From: Dehalococcoidia bacterium
GTDB lineage: Bacteria; Chloroflexota; Dehalococcoidia; UBA2979
Assembly (NCBI GenBank): GCA_964291495.2
Contig: OZ219871.1
Location: forward strand, 512,001-576,000
Reading direction: 5' to 3'
DNA: 64,000 bases
Made by a program: the position numbers and the translations under genes. Below the pieces are notes generated by a model. It saw only the letters and a program-made list of their open reading frames with translations, was not told the DNA's origin and made no database searches. How positions within the stretch are numbered: the stretch's first letter is position 1; the number at the start of each line of letters is the position of its first letter. Below are positions 9,264 to 18,800 of the stretch, one piece after another.

Positions 9264-10211
9264 TCATCCGTAACGGATCTGCGGGTTGAGGAACCCGTAC
9301 AGGAGGTCCACTCCCAGGTTGACGAGCATCACGAACACGCCAAAGAGGAGGACCACGCTCTGGATCATCATGAACTCGCGCTCGTGGATCGACTCCAGCA
9401 TGAGGCGCCCCAGCCCAGGCAGCCCAAAGATCGACTCGATGATCACGCTCCCGCCGAGCAGGGTGGCGACCGATAGCCCGATCACCGTGACCACGGGGAT
9501 CGCCGCGTTCCTGAAGGCGTGCCTCGTGACCACGCGGTACTCGGTCAGGCCCTTCGCGCGGGCCGTCCGCACGTAGTCCGCGCGGATCACCTCCAGCATC
9601 TCCGAACGCACCATGCGCATCACCGTGGCGCCCAGCCGGAGCGAGAGCACCAGCGCGGGCAGGAGCAGGAGCTTGATGTTCTCGATGGGCTCCTGGTCGA
9701 ACGGGACGTACGGGCGCAACGGTGTCCACCCCCACCAGATCGCCGGCAGTACGATCAGCAGCGTCGCCAGCCAGAAGTTGGGGATCGACAGCCCGCCGAT
9801 AGCGAGCGAGCGGACGGTCAGATCGATTAATGAGCCCGGCTTCAGCGCCGAGATCAGGCCCGTGGGGACGCCGAGGATCACCGCGAAGAGGATCGAGAGC
9901 ACGTCGAGTTCGACCGTGACCGGCAGCGCACGCCAGACGCGCTCCCGCACGCTCTCCTTGCTGAAGATGGAGTCGCCGAGGTCGCCCCGTACCAGCCCGC
10001 CCATCCAGTCGAGGTACTGCTCGAGCAGGGGCCGGTCGAGTCCCAGCTCGGCACGGATCTTTGTGCGATCGTCCTTCGGCACGCCAGCCTCGGCCAGCCG
10101 GTCGTCGAGGGCGTCGCCCGGCAGCAGCCGGATCGAGCCGAAGACGATCAGCGAGATGATGAACACCGTGGGCGGGACCAGGAGCACCCGCCGCATCACG
10201 TATTCGTTCAT
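9264..10211 (-). CDS. Peptide/nickel-type ABC transporter permease (DppB-like)
   Basis: LGLDRPLLEQY, DYVRTARAKGL, HAFRNA, ESIFGLPGLG. Confidence 0.93.
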   Translation of the reverse strand: MNEYVMRRVLLVPPTVFIISLIVFGSIRLLPGDALDDRLAEAGVPKDDRTKIRAELGLDRPLLEQYLDWMGGLVRGDLGDSIFSKESVRERVWRALPVTVELDVLSILFAVILGVPTGLISALKPGSLIDLTVRSLAIGGLSIPNFWLATLLIVLPAIWWGWTPLRPYVPFDQEPIENIKLLLLPALVLSLRLGATVMRMVRSEMLEVIRADYVRTARAKGLTEYRVVTRHAFRNAAIPVVTVIGLSVATLLGGSVIIESIFGLPGLGRLMLESIHEREFMMIQSVVLLFGVFVMLVNLGVDLLYGFLNPQIRYG

Positions 10212-10356
10212 GGACACACTCCGGGCGCGTACGCCGCCCGACTATACACGCGCATCGGCAGCGCCATGCCGCGCGCGAACCCGGCGCGCTGCCTGCCCTC
10301 TCTGCTATGAATGGCCCCAGCCACGGTCGAGGCTGGCACGACGGAGGAGCAGCGCC

Positions 10357-11235
10357 ATGCCCATGCCCAGCGACATCGGCGTCGTCGACACGCTGCTCGG
10401 CATCCCCACGCCCGGCCGCAAGGCCTACACCGCGTTCCGGCCGCTGCTGCGCGATCACGAGTCGCTCGAGGTCTTCGACTATCCGGTGGCGTACCAGTAC
10501 CGCAATCGGCCGGACATCCCGCAGGCCGGCAGCCTCGAGGAGATGGTCGCCTTCACGCTGGCGGAGCTGGACAAGCACGGCATCTGGCGCGCGCTCGTCG
10601 ATGTGACCGACGAGGACAGCGCCGGCCGGCGCGCCATCGAGCTGTACCCGGACCGCTTCAGCGGCACGTTCACGGTCGACCCCAACGAGGGCGTCCCGGC
10701 GCTGCGCCGGCTGGAGCAGGCGGTCGAGGAGCTGGGGGTGAAGGCGGCGAACGTGACGCCCGCCTTCGTCGTCCCGCAGGTGCCGATCAACGACAAGCGG
10801 GCCTACCCCGTCTACGCGAAGTGCGTGGAGCTGGACATCGCGGTCACGGTCACCTCGGGCGTGCCGGGCCCGCGCGTGCCGATGCAGGCGCAGGACGTGG
10901 CGCTGATCGACGAGGTCTGCTGGTTCTTCCCGGAGCTGCGCTTCGTGATGCGCCACGGCGGCGAGCCGTGGACGGCGCTGGCAGTGAAGTTGCTGCTCAA
11001 GTGGCCGAACCTCTACTACTCGACCAGCGCCTTCGCGCCTCGCCACTACCCGCGGGACATCATCGACTTTGCGAACACGCGAGGCGCGGACAAGGTGATC
11101 TACGCCGGCTACTTCCCGACGGGCCTCTCGCTCGATCGGATCTTCGAGGAGCTGGCGGATGTGCCGTTCCGCGACCGTGTCTGGCCGAAGTTCCTGCGCG
11201 AGAACGCGGTGCGCGTCTTCAAGCTCGAGGAGTAG
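10357..11235 (+). CDS. Amidohydrolase family protein (Amidohydro_2)
   Basis: ATG after GGAGGAG; YPVYAKCVELDI, PELRFVMRHGGEPW, KWPNLY. Confidence 0.88.
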   Translation: MPMPSDIGVVDTLLGIPTPGRKAYTAFRPLLRDHESLEVFDYPVAYQYRNRPDIPQAGSLEEMVAFTLAELDKHGIWRALVDVTDEDSAGRRAIELYPDRFSGTFTVDPNEGVPALRRLEQAVEELGVKAANVTPAFVVPQVPINDKRAYPVYAKCVELDIAVTVTSGVPGPRVPMQAQDVALIDEVCWFFPELRFVMRHGGEPWTALAVKLLLKWPNLYYSTSAFAPRHYPRDIIDFANTRGADKVIYAGYFPTGLSLDRIFEELADVPFRDRVWPKFLRENAVRVFKLEE

Positions 11236-11263
11236 GCGCGCCGACTGGGTGCGCCCTCGCGGC

Positions 11264-14200
11264 TCACGCCCAGGACTTGCCTGACGGCATCGGCAGCGCG
11301 CCCGCCGGGACGATCTCCTCGAGGGCGTCCGCGATCAGCGTGCGCTGCTCGCCGGCGCGCTCGTCGAGCACGCCGCGCGTGCGCACGAAGGCCGCCGTGC
11401 GCACGATGTCGCGCCGTTCCTCGGCCAGCTCGCGCCGCACGAGGATGTTCATCAGGCCGTACTCGTCCTCCAGCAGCAGGAAGATGATCCCGCGCGCGGT
11501 GAGCGGGCGCTGGCGGCAGACCACCAGCCCCGCGACCTCCACCGTGCGCCCCGCCGGCAGCGAGTGCAGGTGGCGGCTGGAGGCGACACCCTCGCCGAGC
11601 GCGCGGCGCAGAAGCGCATCGGGTGGCGGTCGGGCGAGAGGCCGATCAGCGCGTAGTCGGCGGCCATCCGCTCGTAGGGGCCGAAGTCGGGCAGCGTCAC
11701 CATGTCCTGCACGGTCGGCAACTCGAGCCGCAGCTGGCGCCCGTCCGCCTCCGCCGAGGGCGCGCCCGTCGCTCCGGCGACGGCTCCGCCCGTGAACAGC
11801 CCGAGCTGCCAGAGCAGCTCGCGGCGCTGCAGACCGAAGCCGTCGAAGGCGCCGACCTGGATCAGCCGCGCCGCCGGCTGCCGGCCCAGCCCAGTGCGCT
11901 GCACGAAGTCGAACAGCGAGCGGTACTCGCCGGCGCGCTCGCGCTCCTCCTCGATGCGCTCGGCCCAGGCCTCGCCGAGGCCGCGCACGTAGCCGAGGCC
12001 GACGCGAATCGCGCCCGGCAGCTCGACCGTGCAGCGAGCGGCGCTGACGTTGATGTCGGGCCGCTCGACGGCGACGCCGTGGCGCTTGGCGTCGTTGGTG
12101 AGCACGTGCGGGGGGTAGAAGCCCATCGGCTGGTTGTTGAAGAGCGCGCAGAGGAACTCGGGGGCGTAGCGCTGCTTGAGCCAGCTCGACTGGTAGGCGA
12201 GCAGGGCGAAGGCGGCGCCGTGGCTCTTCGGAAAGCCGAACTCCGCGAAGCCCGCGAGGTTGCCGAAGACTTTTTCCGCCACCGCGGGCGGCACGCCGCG
12301 CTCCGCCGCACCGACGAGGAAGCGATCGCGCCAGGCCTCGAGCTCCTCGTGCGCGCGGCGGCGGCCCAGCGAACGGCGGAAGCGGTCGGCCTCGCCGGGC
12401 GTGAAGCCGCCCATGTGGCGGGCGACCTGCAGCACCTGCTCCTGGAAGATCACCACGCCCAGCGTCTCGTCCAGCACTTCGCGCACGCACTCGTGCGGCG
12501 GGGCGGGGCGGTAGCGCGGGTTGCGGCGCTGCAGCTCGCGCCGCCGCACGTAGGGGTTCACCGCGCCGCCGACGATCGGCCCCGGCCGCACGATCGAGAC
12601 CTGCACGGTGAGGTCCTCGAGGTTGCGCGGCTGCGTCCGCGGCAGCATCGCGATCTGCGCGCGGGACTCGATCTGGAAGACGCCGACGGTGTCGCCGCGG
12701 CAGATCGCGTCGTAGACCGCCTCGTCCTCGAAGTCGATGCGCGAGAGGTCGACGATGCGCCCGCGGCCGTCGGCGATCAGGTCGATCGTCTCCTCGACGA
12801 CGGAGAGCATGCCGAGCGCGAGGAAGTCGATCTTCACCATCCGCGCGTCGTCGACGGAGTCCTTGTCCCAGTGGCAGAGGTAGCGGCCCGCCATCGCCGC
12901 CGGCTGGCAGGGCACGCAATCGATCAGCGGCCCCGAGGCGATCACCATCCCCCCGGAGTGCTGCGAGAGGTGGCGCGGCACGCCCGCCAGCTGCGGCACG
13001 AGCGCGGCCAGCTCGCGCCAGCCGCGCGCCTCGGCGCGGTCGCGGAACTGCGGCGATCGCGCCAGCTCCTCGGGCAGCTGTCCGGGCCCGGCGTAGGGGC
13101 CGGACAGCCCGGCGAGACGGTCCAGCTCCGCCGGGGGCAGCCCCAGCGCCTTGCCCACGTCGCGGACCGCGCTGCGCAGCCGGTAGGTGGCGAAGGCGGC
13201 GACGAGCGCGCTGCGCTCGCGGCCCCAGCGCGCGTGGACGCGCTCGATCAGCTCGGCCCGGATGTCGCGCGGGAAGTCGAGGTCGATGTCGGGCAGCGAG
13301 TCCATCTCCTCGTTGAGGAAGCGCCCGACGAAGAGGCGGTGGCGAATCGGATCGATGTGCGAGAGCCCGATCAGGTAGCAGACCAGCGAGGAGACCGAGG
13401 AGCCGCGGCCGCGGCCGGGCGGCAGGTTGGTGACGCTGCGGGCGGCGCCGGGTCCTCGCACCTCGCGGGCCACCTCCTGCGCCAGCAGGAAGATCTCGTG
13501 GTAGATGAGGAAGAACCCGGCGAGGTCGTGCAACTCGATCAGCCGCAGCTCCTCGGCCAGCTGCGCCTCGGCCCGGGCGCGCTCGTCCGCCGAGCGGTAG
13601 CGCTCCCCCAGCAGCTCGCGGCAGATCCGCTCCAGCTCCTGCAGCGGCGTGACGCCCTCGGCCAGCGGCGGTGAGGGCAGCCGGTAGCCGAGGTCGGCGG
13701 TGAGGTCGAAGGGGCAGCGGCGCGCGATGCGCACGGTGTTCGCCGCCGCCTGCGGGTGGTAGCGCGCGAAGCGCTCCGCCTGCTCCCGCGGGCTGCGCAG
13801 CCAGAACTCGGCGTTCGGCCGGCGCTCGGCATGGCACTCGTCGAGGCTGGCGTTGTGGCGGATCGCCACCAGCACGTCCTGCAGCCGGTGCCGCTCGCGC
13901 ACGTGGTAGTGCACGTTGCCGGTGCCCACTACCTCCACGCCCGCCTGCTCCGCGAGGGCGACCAGCGCCTCGTTGCGCGGGCGGTCGCCGTGCACGTCGT
14001 TGTCCTGCAACTCGACGAAGACCCGGTCCACCCCGAACCAGCCGACGAGGCGATCGAGCGCCGCGGCCGCCTCGGCGCGCCGTCCCGCCTGCACGAGGCG
14101 AGGGATGCGGCCCTCGCGACAGCCGGTCAGCACGATCAGCCCGTCCGCGTGCCGCTCGAGGTCGGCGAGCGGCAGGACCGGGTCGAGCCGCCGGGCCTCC

Positions 14201-14709
14201 TGCGCGCGGCGCTCCGTCTCGCGTAGCCCGAAGGCATGGCTGGAGAGGCGGCAGAGGTTGGCGTAGCCCTGCCGCGTCTCCGCCAGCAGCGTGAGGTGCG
14301 AGCGCACCTCGCCGCCCTCGGCGTCCCTGTCGCCCTCCGCGGCCGGCTCGGAGACGGTCAGCTCGAGGCCGGTGATCGGCCGCAGCCCGGCCTCGCGGGC
14401 GGTGCGCGCGAACTCCATCGCGCCGAACAGGCCGTCGTGATCGGTCAGCGCCAGCGCGGTGTGGCCCTGCTCGATGGCGGTCTCCACCAGCTCCCGTGGG
14501 CTCGAGGCGCCCTCCAGCAGCGAGTAGTGGCTGTGCGCGTGCAGCTCGACGTAGGGCACGCCCTCGAGCGTGTCGCCATCGAGGGGCGCGACGGGGTCGC
14601 GCGGCGCGCGGGAGCGCGGGGTGTCCTTCTCGGCCCGCGCCTGGCGGGCCTCGAACTCGTCCCAGCGCTCCATGTAGCCGGGCTGCTGATCGCGGCGTGT
14701 GCGCGCCAC
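11264..14709 (-). CDS. dnaE2: Error-prone DNA polymerase DnaE2 (ImuC), interrupted by a 1-nt frameshift near 11610
   Basis: PHP domain ELHAHSHYSLLEG/LTDH, GRGSS, PDIDLDF, SQHSGG, FPKSH, NNQPMGFY; the OB-fold end (VEVAGLVVCRQRPLTARG...GKSWA) lies in the 11264..13837 frame. Confidence 0.92.
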
Positions 14710-14733
14710 GGCGTCACCCCCATTCGCCGCGTC

Positions 14734-14773
14734 GGCGCATGGTAACAGAACGCACGTTCTGTTACCATGCGCC
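14734..14773. promoter_or_regulatory. 40-bp palindrome containing a LexA (SOS) box GAAC-N4-GTTC and two divergent extended -10 elements
   Basis: GGCGCATGGTAACAGAACG-CA-CGTTCTGTTACCATGCGCC, 19-bp perfect arms, between divergent dnaE2 and imuB. Confidence 0.85.
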
Positions 14774-14795
14774 AGCCTCTTGGCGGGGGTGGAAC

Positions 14796-15998
14796 ATGAG
14801 GACTCGACATCCGCGGATCGCGTGCCTGCTCGTGCCCTCGCCGGCGCTCGCCGTCGAGCTGGCGGCGCGGCCGCAGCTACAGGGCCGGCCCGTCGCCGTC
14901 AGCGACGACGCCGCGCGCCGCGTGGCCGAGGCCAGCAAGGCCGCCGCGGCGCGCGGCGTGCGTCCGGGCCAGCCGCTCAGCGAGGCGCTGGCCTGCTGCC
15001 CCACGCTCGCCGTCCTCGAGGCGCGCCCGGCGCGCGTACGGCGCGCCGCCGCGCAGCTCGTCGAGGCCGCCGCCTCGGTCAGCCCGCTGGTCGAGGCGGC
15101 GGCGCCCGGTGAGGTCTACGCCGACCTGCGCGGCCTCGAGGGGCTCTACCGGGACGAGGACGCGCTCGCGCGGGCGCTGCTGGAGGCGACGCCGGGCGGG
15201 CTCGGGACGCGGCTGGGGGTGGCGGACGGCCGCTTCACGGCGCGCGTGGCCGCCTTCGCGGCGCGGCCGGGGGCGTGGCTGCGCGTCGGCCGGGACGAGG
15301 CGCGCGCCTTCCTCGCGCCGCAGCCGACCGCGCTGCTGCCGCTGGAGGAGGCCGCACGGGAGTGGCTCGCGCTGCTCGGCGTCGCCACGCTCGGCGACCT
15401 CGCGGCGTTGCCGCGGCACGCCGTCGAGGCGCAGCTCGGGACGGCGGGCGGCCTCGCCTGGCTGGCCGCGCGCGGCGAGGATCCGACGCCCCTCGCAGCG
15501 CTGCCGCACCGCGAGCGGGTGCTGGAGCGCGCGCAGGCGGAGCCACCGCTGATCGGCCGTGAGGCGCTGCTGCACAGCTACGGGCAGCTGCTCGGGCGCG
15601 CGCTCGCCCGGCCCGTGGCGCGCGGCCGCCTCGTGCGCGCCGTCCGGCTCAGCGCCGTCACCGAGGACGAGCGGCTCTGGGAGCGCCGGCGCGTGCTGAC
15701 CGAGCCGACGGGCGACCGCTCGCGGCTGTGGACGGCGCTTCAGCCCTCGATCGAGACGGCCGAGTTCGGCGGGCCGGTGGCCGAGCTGGCGCTGGAGCTG
15801 GGCGGCCTGACCGCCGAGCGCGGCCGCCAGGTCCGGCTGCTGCGCGAGGGCGGGGCGCGACGCCGCGAGCAGCTCGACGAGATGGCCCGCCACCTGCGGC
15901 TGCGCTACGGGCGGGCGGCATTGCGCCGCGTCGTCGCCCTCGCGCCGCAGAGCCGCATCCCCGAGCGCCGCTACGCCCTCGCTGACTACGACCCGTGA
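14796..15998 (+). CDS. imuB: ImuB-like inactive Y-family DNA polymerase
   Basis: GRPVAV...AAARGVRPGQPLSEALACCP; acidic catalytic motifs degenerate (IACLLVPS, PGEVYADL); next to dnaE2. Confidence 0.8.
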   Translation: MRTRHPRIACLLVPSPALAVELAARPQLQGRPVAVSDDAARRVAEASKAAAARGVRPGQPLSEALACCPTLAVLEARPARVRRAAAQLVEAAASVSPLVEAAAPGEVYADLRGLEGLYRDEDALARALLEATPGGLGTRLGVADGRFTARVAAFAARPGAWLRVGRDEARAFLAPQPTALLPLEEAAREWLALLGVATLGDLAALPRHAVEAQLGTAGGLAWLAARGEDPTPLAALPHRERVLERAQAEPPLIGREALLHSYGQLLGRALARPVARGRLVRAVRLSAVTEDERLWERRRVLTEPTGDRSRLWTALQPSIETAEFGGPVAELALELGGLTAERGRQVRLLREGGARRREQLDEMARHLRLRYGRAALRRVVALAPQSRIPERRYALADYDP

Positions 15999-16288
15999 GC
16001 GCGCAACCGCAGCCGGCGGACGGCACTCTCACCCCGCTGGGACTGCCGCGGCCGCTCGAGGTGCAGACCGGCCCCGGCGGCGAGCCCCGTGAACTGCGGC
16101 GGCCTCGGCGCGCACCGCTCGCCGTGGAGTGCGTCCTGGAGGCGTGGCGCATCGCGGACGAGTGGTGGCGCGAGCCGCCACTCAGCCGCAGCTACTACCG
16201 CGTCGTCCTCGAGGGTGGCGGCACGCTCACGCTGTTCCACGACGAGACGCAGCCGCTAGCGCTCGGGTGGTACGAGCAGCACTACTGA
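15995..16288 (+). CDS. Small protein resembling the ImuB C-terminal domain / DUF6504
   Basis: WRIADEWW...RSYYRVVLEGG...LFHD...WY pattern; GTGA overlap with imuB stop. Confidence 0.7.
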   Translation: MSAQPQPADGTLTPLGLPRPLEVQTGPGGEPRELRRPRRAPLAVECVLEAWRIADEWWREPPLSRSYYRVVLEGGGTLTLFHDETQPLALGWYEQHY

Positions 16289-16374
16289 GCCAGTCCTGTG
16301 CCCCTATGCGTCATCCCTGTTGCCGGAACAATCCAGCCGAGTGCGCATGTGTCACGCCAATCCGGCGTCGGTGT

Positions 16375-16392
16375 TGTATACATAGTCATACA
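16375..16392. promoter_or_regulatory. Candidate MarR operator (TGTAT-N8-ATACA)
   Basis: AT-rich inverted repeat about 90 bp upstream of the MarR gene. Confidence 0.35.
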
Positions 16393-16478
16393 CAGCCGGG
16401 CGGCTTGCGTTGGATACGCGCCGCCGGGACGGTAGCTGATCCAGGAGGCCGCCGCAAAGGCGGAACGTCACGCGAACG

Positions 16479-16982
16479 GTGAGCCAGATGGAGAACGAGA
16501 GCAGGCACGACCTCGGCAAGCGGCTGATCGCGGTGGCCGAGGATCTGAATCGCCGGTTGCATACCGGTCGCCTCGACGTGTGGGAAGGGCTGGACCTGAC
16601 CACGGCCCAGATCAAGACACTGGTGCTGTTGCAGGGTTCCGGTCCCCTGCGGATGGGCGCCATCGCGCTTCACCTCGACAGGGCGCTCTCCGGCACGACC
16701 ACTGTTGTGGACCGCCTGGTCGAACGAGGTCTGGTCGAACGGATCTCGGATCCCGGCGATCGGAGAGTCGTGCTCTGTCAGTTGACCGTCGGCGGAGAAG
16801 AGGCGATCACCCAGTTCTGGGGTATCGGCCGGGAGCGCCTCCAGCTGGCGGCGGAGCAACTGTCCCTGGAGGATCTGCAGAACGTGGTGCGGGGACTGGA
16901 GACCATCCAGCGGGTGCTCGCGGACATTCAGATCACCATCGAGTCAACGGAGACAGCGGCGCTCCCCGTCGAGCCCGTCTGA
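16479..16982 (+). CDS. MarR family transcriptional regulator
   Basis: LTTAQIKTL, TTTVVDRLVERGLVERISDPGDRRVVLCQLT. Confidence 0.92.
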   Translation: MSQMENESRHDLGKRLIAVAEDLNRRLHTGRLDVWEGLDLTTAQIKTLVLLQGSGPLRMGAIALHLDRALSGTTTVVDRLVERGLVERISDPGDRRVVLCQLTVGGEEAITQFWGIGRERLQLAAEQLSLEDLQNVVRGLETIQRVLADIQITIESTETAALPVEPV

Positions 16983-17043
16983 GGCCCAACCGCAGGATCC
17001 TGCCCCGAGACTCGCAGCGAGGCTGTGAGCGCCCGGTCTATCG

Positions 17044-18279
17044 ATGACACGCCCGGCCTTCAGCGCCGTCTGCCTGGTCCTCGCCTTCGCGTTGACGAGC
17101 TGCGGGGGCGGCGAGGTGGAGCCGGCGCCCGCGCCGGCGGCCACGCCCACGCTGGTCGCCACGCCCGTAGCGGCCACGACTCCCACTCCGTCGGCGACGC
17201 TTGCGCAGGCCGCGACGCAATCCCCGCCGCCCACGGCCACCCCAACCGACACGCCCGTCCCGGCGCCGACGCCGGAGCGCGAGCTCGAGGGGCTGACGAA
17301 CTGGCTCAACAGCGAGCCCGTGACGATCGCGGGATTGGTCGCGCGGAACCGCGTCGTGCTCGTCGACTTCTGGACCTACACCTGCGTCAACTGCATCCGC
17401 ACCCTGCCGCGGCTGCGCCAGTGGCATGAGCGCTACGCCGCGCATGGGCTCACGATCATCGGCGTCCACGCTCCGGAGTTCGACTTCGAGCGCGAACCGG
17501 ACAACGTCGCCGAGGCGGTCGCGCGGCTCGGGATCGCCTACCCCGTCGCGCAGGACAACGACTACCTGACGTGGCAGGCGTTCTACAACTGCTGCTGGCC
17601 GGCCAAGTACCTGATCGGCGCCGACGGCGCCCTCGCCTACCGCCACGTCGGCGAAGGCGCCTACCAGTCGACCGAGCGTGCGATCCGCGAGGCCCTCGAG
17701 GCAGCCGGCCACGACCTCAGCGGCGTCCCGCCCGGCGCCGACGACGATCCGCGCTTCGACCCGGTGGCGACGGCGCAGACGCGCGAGCTCTACGGCGGCT
17801 ACGCGAGGAACTACGCGCCGTTCGGCGCCTACGCGGGCCAGGAGGCGTACTACGCGGGATCCGACGAGGTCCGCGACTACGTCGACACGGGCGAGCGGCT
17901 GGACGGCATGTGGTACCTGCAGGGCCTGTGGCGCAACGAGCGCGAGGCGATCGTGCACGCCCGCACCACCGAGGATCTGGCGGACTACTTCGCGTTCACG
18001 TTCCTCGCGCGGACGGTGCACATCGTGCTGCGGCCCCAGCGGGCCGAGCCGTTCGACATGGTCGTCGAACTCGACGGGCGGCCGCTGCGCCCGGACGAGG
18101 CCGGCGCGGACGTGACGTTCGACGAGCAGGGGCGCAGCGTCGTCCGGGTCGAGGAGCCCCGGATGTACCGCGTGGTCGACCTGCCGCAGTGGGGCGAGCA
18201 CGAGCTGCGGGTGCGCTCGGACTCGGACAACCTCGCGATCTTCGCGGTCACCTTCGGTTCCTACGCGGAGGAGCCGTAG
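17044..18279 (+). CDS. Lipoprotein redoxin (DipZ C-terminal-like thioredoxin domain plus beta-sandwich)
   Basis: Lipobox LTSC, Pro/Thr linker, VLVDFWTYTCVNCIRTLP, GVHAPEFDFE, WPAKYLI. Confidence 0.88.
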   Translation: MTRPAFSAVCLVLAFALTSCGGGEVEPAPAPAATPTLVATPVAATTPTPSATLAQAATQSPPPTATPTDTPVPAPTPERELEGLTNWLNSEPVTIAGLVARNRVVLVDFWTYTCVNCIRTLPRLRQWHERYAAHGLTIIGVHAPEFDFEREPDNVAEAVARLGIAYPVAQDNDYLTWQAFYNCCWPAKYLIGADGALAYRHVGEGAYQSTERAIREALEAAGHDLSGVPPGADDDPRFDPVATAQTRELYGGYARNYAPFGAYAGQEAYYAGSDEVRDYVDTGERLDGMWYLQGLWRNEREAIVHARTTEDLADYFAFTFLARTVHIVLRPQRAEPFDMVVELDGRPLRPDEAGADVTFDEQGRSVVRVEEPRMYRVVDLPQWGEHELRVRSDSDNLAIFAVTFGSYAEEP

Positions 18280-18341
18280 CCGGCTCGTCCGCCCACAACG
18301 GCTATGATGGCCTCACGAGGAGGCGTTCCGAGGGGGTCGCG

Positions 18342-18764
18342 ATGTCAGAGCATCCGAATGTAGCGCTCGTGCGGCGGGGCTACGAGGCGTTCGCCAACGG
18401 CGACGCGGAGACACTCGCCGAGCTGATCGCGGAGGACGCCGTCTGGCATGTCGGCGGGCGCAACCTGTTCACCGACACCTACCGCGGGCGCGAGGCGGTC
18501 TTCACCTACTTCCGCAAGCTGCGGGACTTCACGAACGAGACGATCAAGGTCGAAGTGCACGATGTGCTCGCGAACGACGAGCACGCCGTCGCGCTCGTCG
18601 TCATGACTGCACAGCGCGCGCGCAACGAACTCGATTCGCTCGCGACCACCAGCTTCCACCTCCGGGACGGGCAGGTGGTGGAAGCCTGGACCTTCCACGA
18701 GAACCAGTACGCGGCGGACGAGTTCTTCTCCTACCGCAAGCACAGCCAGGGCCGCATGCCCTGA
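18342..18764 (+). CDS. SnoaL-like / NTF2 family protein
   Basis: MSEHPNVALVRRGYEAFANGD...AEDAVWH; GAGGGGG RBS. Confidence 0.85.
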   Translation: MSEHPNVALVRRGYEAFANGDAETLAELIAEDAVWHVGGRNLFTDTYRGREAVFTYFRKLRDFTNETIKVEVHDVLANDEHAVALVVMTAQRARNELDSLATTSFHLRDGQVVEAWTFHENQYAADEFFSYRKHSQGRMP

Positions 18765-18800
18765 TCGCCTTCGCGGCCGCCGGGCGCGCCCGGCGCGGGC

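Noticed and set aside
16370-16396. Second (E. coli-type CTGT-N8-ACAG) SOS box downstream of the imu genes
   Set aside because: Spacing and left half-site do not match; better explained as part of the MarR promoter or operator.
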